Virus record (IMG/VR): IMGVR_UViG_3300033067_000650
Coordinates: 1-28,467 of that record
Reading direction: 5' to 3' (one strand)
Source: a virus
Taxonomy: Duplodnaviria > Caudoviricetes
Length of the DNA: 28,467 bases
Of this stretch, positions 25,019 through 28,467 are shown one piece after another (positions within the stretch are counted from its first letter, which is position 1; every line of letters starts with the position of its first letter). The notes under the pieces were generated by a model. It saw nothing but the letters and a program-made list of their open reading frames with translations, searched no databases and was not told the origin of the DNA. The position numbers were made by a program, and so were the translations under genes.

Positions 25019-26354
25019 CCGTCACCACTTGCAGATCCGGCGGACCCATTAGCGCTGCCAACTGGCCGAGCGGATCGTTGACGATCGCCTCGCCCTTCCA
25101 CCGCTCCACGTCCTGCTGGGTCACGCCAGGGATGCGCTCCCACAATGCCTGCGGAGGTACGCCGAGCATCGTGACCAACTTGCCGAGCGCGTCCACCGTC
25201 GACGCCAGCGAGCGGGCTTCGGTATCGCGCCAGATCACCTGCGCGGACGTGTCCGCCATCGCCTCGGAATCGCCGGCGACGAACTCGGACAGTCGCAGCG
25301 TCTGCTCCCACGCCTCCCCGAAGAGAGACTTGCGTTCGGCGACCTTGCGCGACTGCTGCACTTCCAGCGATGCCAACGCTTCGGCTGAGAGGTTCGCGAT
25401 CGTCGCGCCGCCGAGATGGTGCGGCGGCACCTGGGCGATGGTCGCCATGATGCGCAGCACGGACTGGCGAGCGTCGACGTAGCCGTTGAGATCGGCGGAG
25501 TTGAAATCGCCGAACCTGGTATCGGGTGACTCGCCGATGAACAGCTTGTCCACTCCGGACTTGAACGGCTCGACCGGACGTCCGGCAGAGTCGCGCTCCA
25601 GTTCGAACCCGGTTACCCACTTCTGCCGGAAAGCGGCGAACTGCGCCGCCATCCCCAGCCCGAACGTGAGCGAGTTGGCTTGACCCTGCAGCGGGATGAG
25701 AGGTTCGATCTCGCCGCGAGGATCGTCGTCGAGCGTGTACTGGTTGACGAACCTCACCACGGGAGTCCAGGGAACCCCGTGGACCTGGGACCCCATGAAC
25801 TCCGGAGTGCTGTCGACGTTCTTCGCAGTGAACAGGTACCGCTCGTACGGTGCGACGACGACCAACTCCAGGGCGTCGCCTGCCTCGCGGACGATCAGCG
25901 CATACTCGGGCCATTCGTCATTGACGGCGTCCTGATAGACGCACGTCATGTCACGCGGGGAGAACGGCGACCAGGCCGGTCCCTGATCACCAGGAGTGAC
26001 CATCACGTAGGCCGCGCCATACGTCAGCGCCGCCCGGTGAACTCCGGTCTGCCGGGCGTCCATCCGATTCGCCTGCCACTGATCCCACGCCGGCGCGTTC
26101 TCCTCGGACTGCTTCGCACGATACCCGTCGACGTAGAGGCTCTGCGCGATCGTGTCCACGACCAGCGGAAGCACGTTGACCCGCGACTGGCGCACGATCT
26201 GGCGGAACTCCACCGCGGCGTCACGTGGCACGTACTGCGGGTCGATCTCGCCCTCGACGTAGTCGTGAATCAGGTCCAGGGATCGGTATTCGGAGTTCCG
26301 GACCTTGAGCAGGCCTGCGGCGATAGTGTTCGCCTCTTCGGGGTCGATCAACAC
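24996..26354 (-). CDS. portal protein (SPP1-like)
   Basis: NVLPLVVD, WQANRMDARQ, AAFRQKWVTG, NLSAEAL, WRDTEARS, LWERIPGVT. Confidence 0.93.
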   Translation of the reverse strand: MLIDPEEANTIAAGLLKVRNSEYRSLDLIHDYVEGEIDPQYVPRDAAVEFRQIVRQSRVNVLPLVVDTIAQSLYVDGYRAKQSEENAPAWDQWQANRMDARQTGVHRAALTYGAAYVMVTPGDQGPAWSPFSPRDMTCVYQDAVNDEWPEYALIVREAGDALELVVVAPYERYLFTAKNVDSTPEFMGSQVHGVPWTPVVRFVNQYTLDDDPRGEIEPLIPLQGQANSLTFGLGMAAQFAAFRQKWVTGFELERDSAGRPVEPFKSGVDKLFIGESPDTRFGDFNSADLNGYVDARQSVLRIMATIAQVPPHHLGGATIANLSAEALASLEVQQSRKVAERKSLFGEAWEQTLRLSEFVAGDSEAMADTSAQVIWRDTEARSLASTVDALGKLVTMLGVPPQALWERIPGVTQQDVERWKGEAIVNDPLGQLAALMGPPDLQVVTDGNNPPG

Positions 26355-26366
26355 CTACGGCCCCTC

Positions 26367-28013
26367 TCAGAAGGAATAGACGCGCCCCGGTTGGCGGCGC
26401 TTCGGTTCAGGTTTCGCCCGTGCTTGCTCGGCAAGTACCAATCGGCGCACCATGCGGACTCCGATCACACATACGGCGGCGTCGATCTTGTGAGGAGACC
26501 CGCGCGATTCCTTGCCGATCGAGACTCCGTGCCGATTCGGTCGCCGGCGAGCGTTTGACACGTGACGCGCGACTCGGGAATCCCCGTCATGGGTGAACTG
26601 CTGATCCGCGATCTCGGCCTCGGTCAGTTCGGCGGCTTTCGTGAACTCCATAACGTGCCCGCGCATGTCCCAGGCGATCGGTTGCGGGTCACGGCTAGAT
26701 CCGGACTCGGCCCAGACCGTCATCCGGTCGCCGTACTCGGCCGGCCAGGAGACCTTGGCGAACGATTCCCACTCGCGGACGTCGGCGAAGAATCCGACGA
26801 CAGTCCAGCGGGCCATCGCCCACGACACGGCAGCATCGACCTCGGTCGCAGAGACGATCTCGTCCTGGCCGGGTTCCCATACGCCGATGGTGAAGACATG
26901 CCCATCCGACATCCGGCAGCCGATCAGTGCCGTGGCGTCGCTGGACTTCGATCCGTCGAAGAACATCACGATCTCTTCACCATCGGCCACGGTCACGCTC
27001 GGGTCAGCGCACGCGCCCCACAGTTGCGGGGTCGTCCACGCGTCCACGGCAGCGGTCGGTTGGTTCAGGTAGAACCGGCGCGAAACGTCCGGCTTCGTGC
27101 GCGGGTCCCAGATGCGGTCGCGGATCACGGTCTGATCGACCCACGAACAATCCCCGTAGACCCATTCCAGCGCGGCCATCAGCGACGCCTCGTCAGTTAG
27201 GTCCGTATCCGGTGGCGCGATCAGCGCGTCGTACAGAATCCGACCCTCACCACGCGTGCGGCCTTCCTGCTGCGCAACCCACGCGTCCCATTCGGACTCA
27301 GCCACCGACCCGATGCCGGGTTCCCACGCGTTCGCGGTCGACAGCATCCGAGACCCGGACTTCGCCAGGTTGCGGTCAAGGACGTCGGCCAGGTCGGTGC
27401 CGCCGTTGTTCGGCAGCCAATGCTCGACCTCGTCGCCAACTACGAACGATGATTCCGAACCCTCCGCCGCAGTAGCGGAGGACGTGATGACGTGCAACTC
27501 GCCGCCGGTGTCGAGTTTGTAGTAGATCGTCTTGCCTGGGTCCAGTGAATGCTCGGTGACGACGCGAGAGCCTTTCGGCGCCATCGCCCGGACCATCCGC
27601 ATCGTGTTAGCGGTTTGAGATTCGGCAGTCGCCGCAACCTCCACGAGGGGAAGGTGGACCGGCTCAGCAATGACTCGGTCCCCGTCAATGTCCTTCACCC
27701 GGCACGGGCCGGCGAACTCGATGAGCGACATCACTGCGGCGAACGGCGACTTGCCCGAGCCCTTCGCCAATCTCCTGACGCCGTGGTTGTACAGCCACCG
27801 ACCGTCAGGGTCGACCGCATACCACCACAGCAGGAATCGGGCCTGCCGTTTCGTCGGCAGCCATGACTGCTTGGCGCGCAGACCGTTCGGCTGGACAAGG
27901 AACTCCGCAGCCCACGCGAGCGCCGCCGGCGCCAACGTCAGGCGAGGACGACCGGGTGGGAGTGTGTCAAGCGCCAGCGACGGCGAGAGCGATGATGTCT
28001 GCGACATCGTCAC
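26367..28013 (-). CDS. terL: terminase large subunit
   Basis: Walker A RLAKGSGKS, Walker B VVGDE, RRFYLN, FFDGSKSSDATAL, KIDAAV. Exact start uncertain. Confidence 0.95.
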   Translation of the reverse strand: MTMSQTSSLSPSLALDTLPPGRPRLTLAPAALAWAAEFLVQPNGLRAKQSWLPTKRQARFLLWWYAVDPDGRWLYNHGVRRLAKGSGKSPFAAVMSLIEFAGPCRVKDIDGDRVIAEPVHLPLVEVAATAESQTANTMRMVRAMAPKGSRVVTEHSLDPGKTIYYKLDTGGELHVITSSATAAEGSESSFVVGDEVEHWLPNNGGTDLADVLDRNLAKSGSRMLSTANAWEPGIGSVAESEWDAWVAQQEGRTRGEGRILYDALIAPPDTDLTDEASLMAALEWVYGDCSWVDQTVIRDRIWDPRTKPDVSRRFYLNQPTAAVDAWTTPQLWGACADPSVTVADGEEIVMFFDGSKSSDATALIGCRMSDGHVFTIGVWEPGQDEIVSATEVDAAVSWAMARWTVVGFFADVREWESFAKVSWPAEYGDRMTVWAESGSSRDPQPIAWDMRGHVMEFTKAAELTEAEIADQQFTHDGDSRVARHVSNARRRPNRHGVSIGKESRGSPHKIDAAVCVIGVRMVRRLVLAEQARAKPEPKRRQPGRVYSF

Positions 28014-28392
28014 GAGCCTTCACTGCAGGATCGGCCACCTGGGCATCCCGTAGAAGTTCCAGCCGCATCCGGCGACGTTGGCCCTCGGTGGTCAACAGAT
28101 CCCGAGACGCGCTCATGATCGCCCCGACGAGTGCCGCGTTCGGCTTCTCGTCGTACAGGCAGCGCGACATCTCCGAGGCGAGGAAGTGCGCGGTGAACCA
28201 GTCGGACGGTTCGTAGAACTGGGACTGTCCCGACTTCGCGAGCGAGTTGAACCAGCCGCGAGCGGTCGGATGCCAGTCCTTGTCCGCGCGTGGCTTGCGC
28301 ACGACTGCGGCAGTTGGTGCCTGCTCGAAGCCTTCACGCTTGCGCATGTTGCGTCGCTGGCTTGTGTGTTTCGGGATGGGACCGGGTGGCAT
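27967..28392 (-). CDS. terS: terminase small subunit
   Basis: MPPGPIPK...WHPTARGWFNSLAKSGQSQFYEPSDW...LLTTEGQRRRMRLEL. ATG 28392 after GGAGG. Confidence 0.88.
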   Translation of the reverse strand: MPPGPIPKHTSQRRNMRKREGFEQAPTAAVVRKPRADKDWHPTARGWFNSLAKSGQSQFYEPSDWFTAHFLASEMSRCLYDEKPNAALVGAIMSASRDLLTTEGQRRRMRLELLRDAQVADPAVKARDDVADIIALAVAGA

Positions 28393-28395
28393 GGC

Positions 28396-28432
28396 GACCT
28401 CCAGGGTCAACTGCCGAGCCCCTCCTGGGGGC
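28396..28432 (-). promoter_or_regulatory. tandem pentaloop hairpins over the terS RBS
   Basis: GCCCC-CAGGA-GGGGC (28432-28418) and GACC-CTGGA-GGTC (28408-28396). Confidence 0.55.
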
Positions 28433-28467
28433 CGGATGGTCGGATCATGTAGCGGATTTCCGTGGCT

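Overview
About 28.5 kb of a high-GC temperate actinobacteriophage (siphovirus type), apparently unintegrated, since phage genes flank both sides of the int/repressor cassette. The minus strand carries, from the right end: small and large terminase, portal, MuF-like/maturation protein, scaffold, major capsid, a three-gene head-fibre/LamG module and the head-tail adaptor. Next come five tandem glycosyltransferase genes inside the head-tail joining module, then stopper, neck protein, tail terminator, major tail, frameshifted tail chaperones, tape measure, distal tail/hub, lectin-bearing tail fibres and a CHAP-endolysin lysis cassette. The plus strand (about 1.9-4.5 kb) holds the lysogeny cassette: a complete tRNA-Lys(UUU) gene between divergent cro/xis-like and repressor genes, a repressor with a tRNA-like putative attP core inside its 3' end, a short arm-less tyrosine integrase and a membrane protein. 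Small early genes lie at the left on the minus strand. Best leads: (1) a switch that seems to combine integration-dependent immunity with a compensating phage tRNA; (2) a five-GT putative virion-glycosylation cassette; (3) shared pentaloop RNA hairpins over the terminase and scaffold ribosome-binding sites. All calls are by eye from motifs and synteny; no searches were run.
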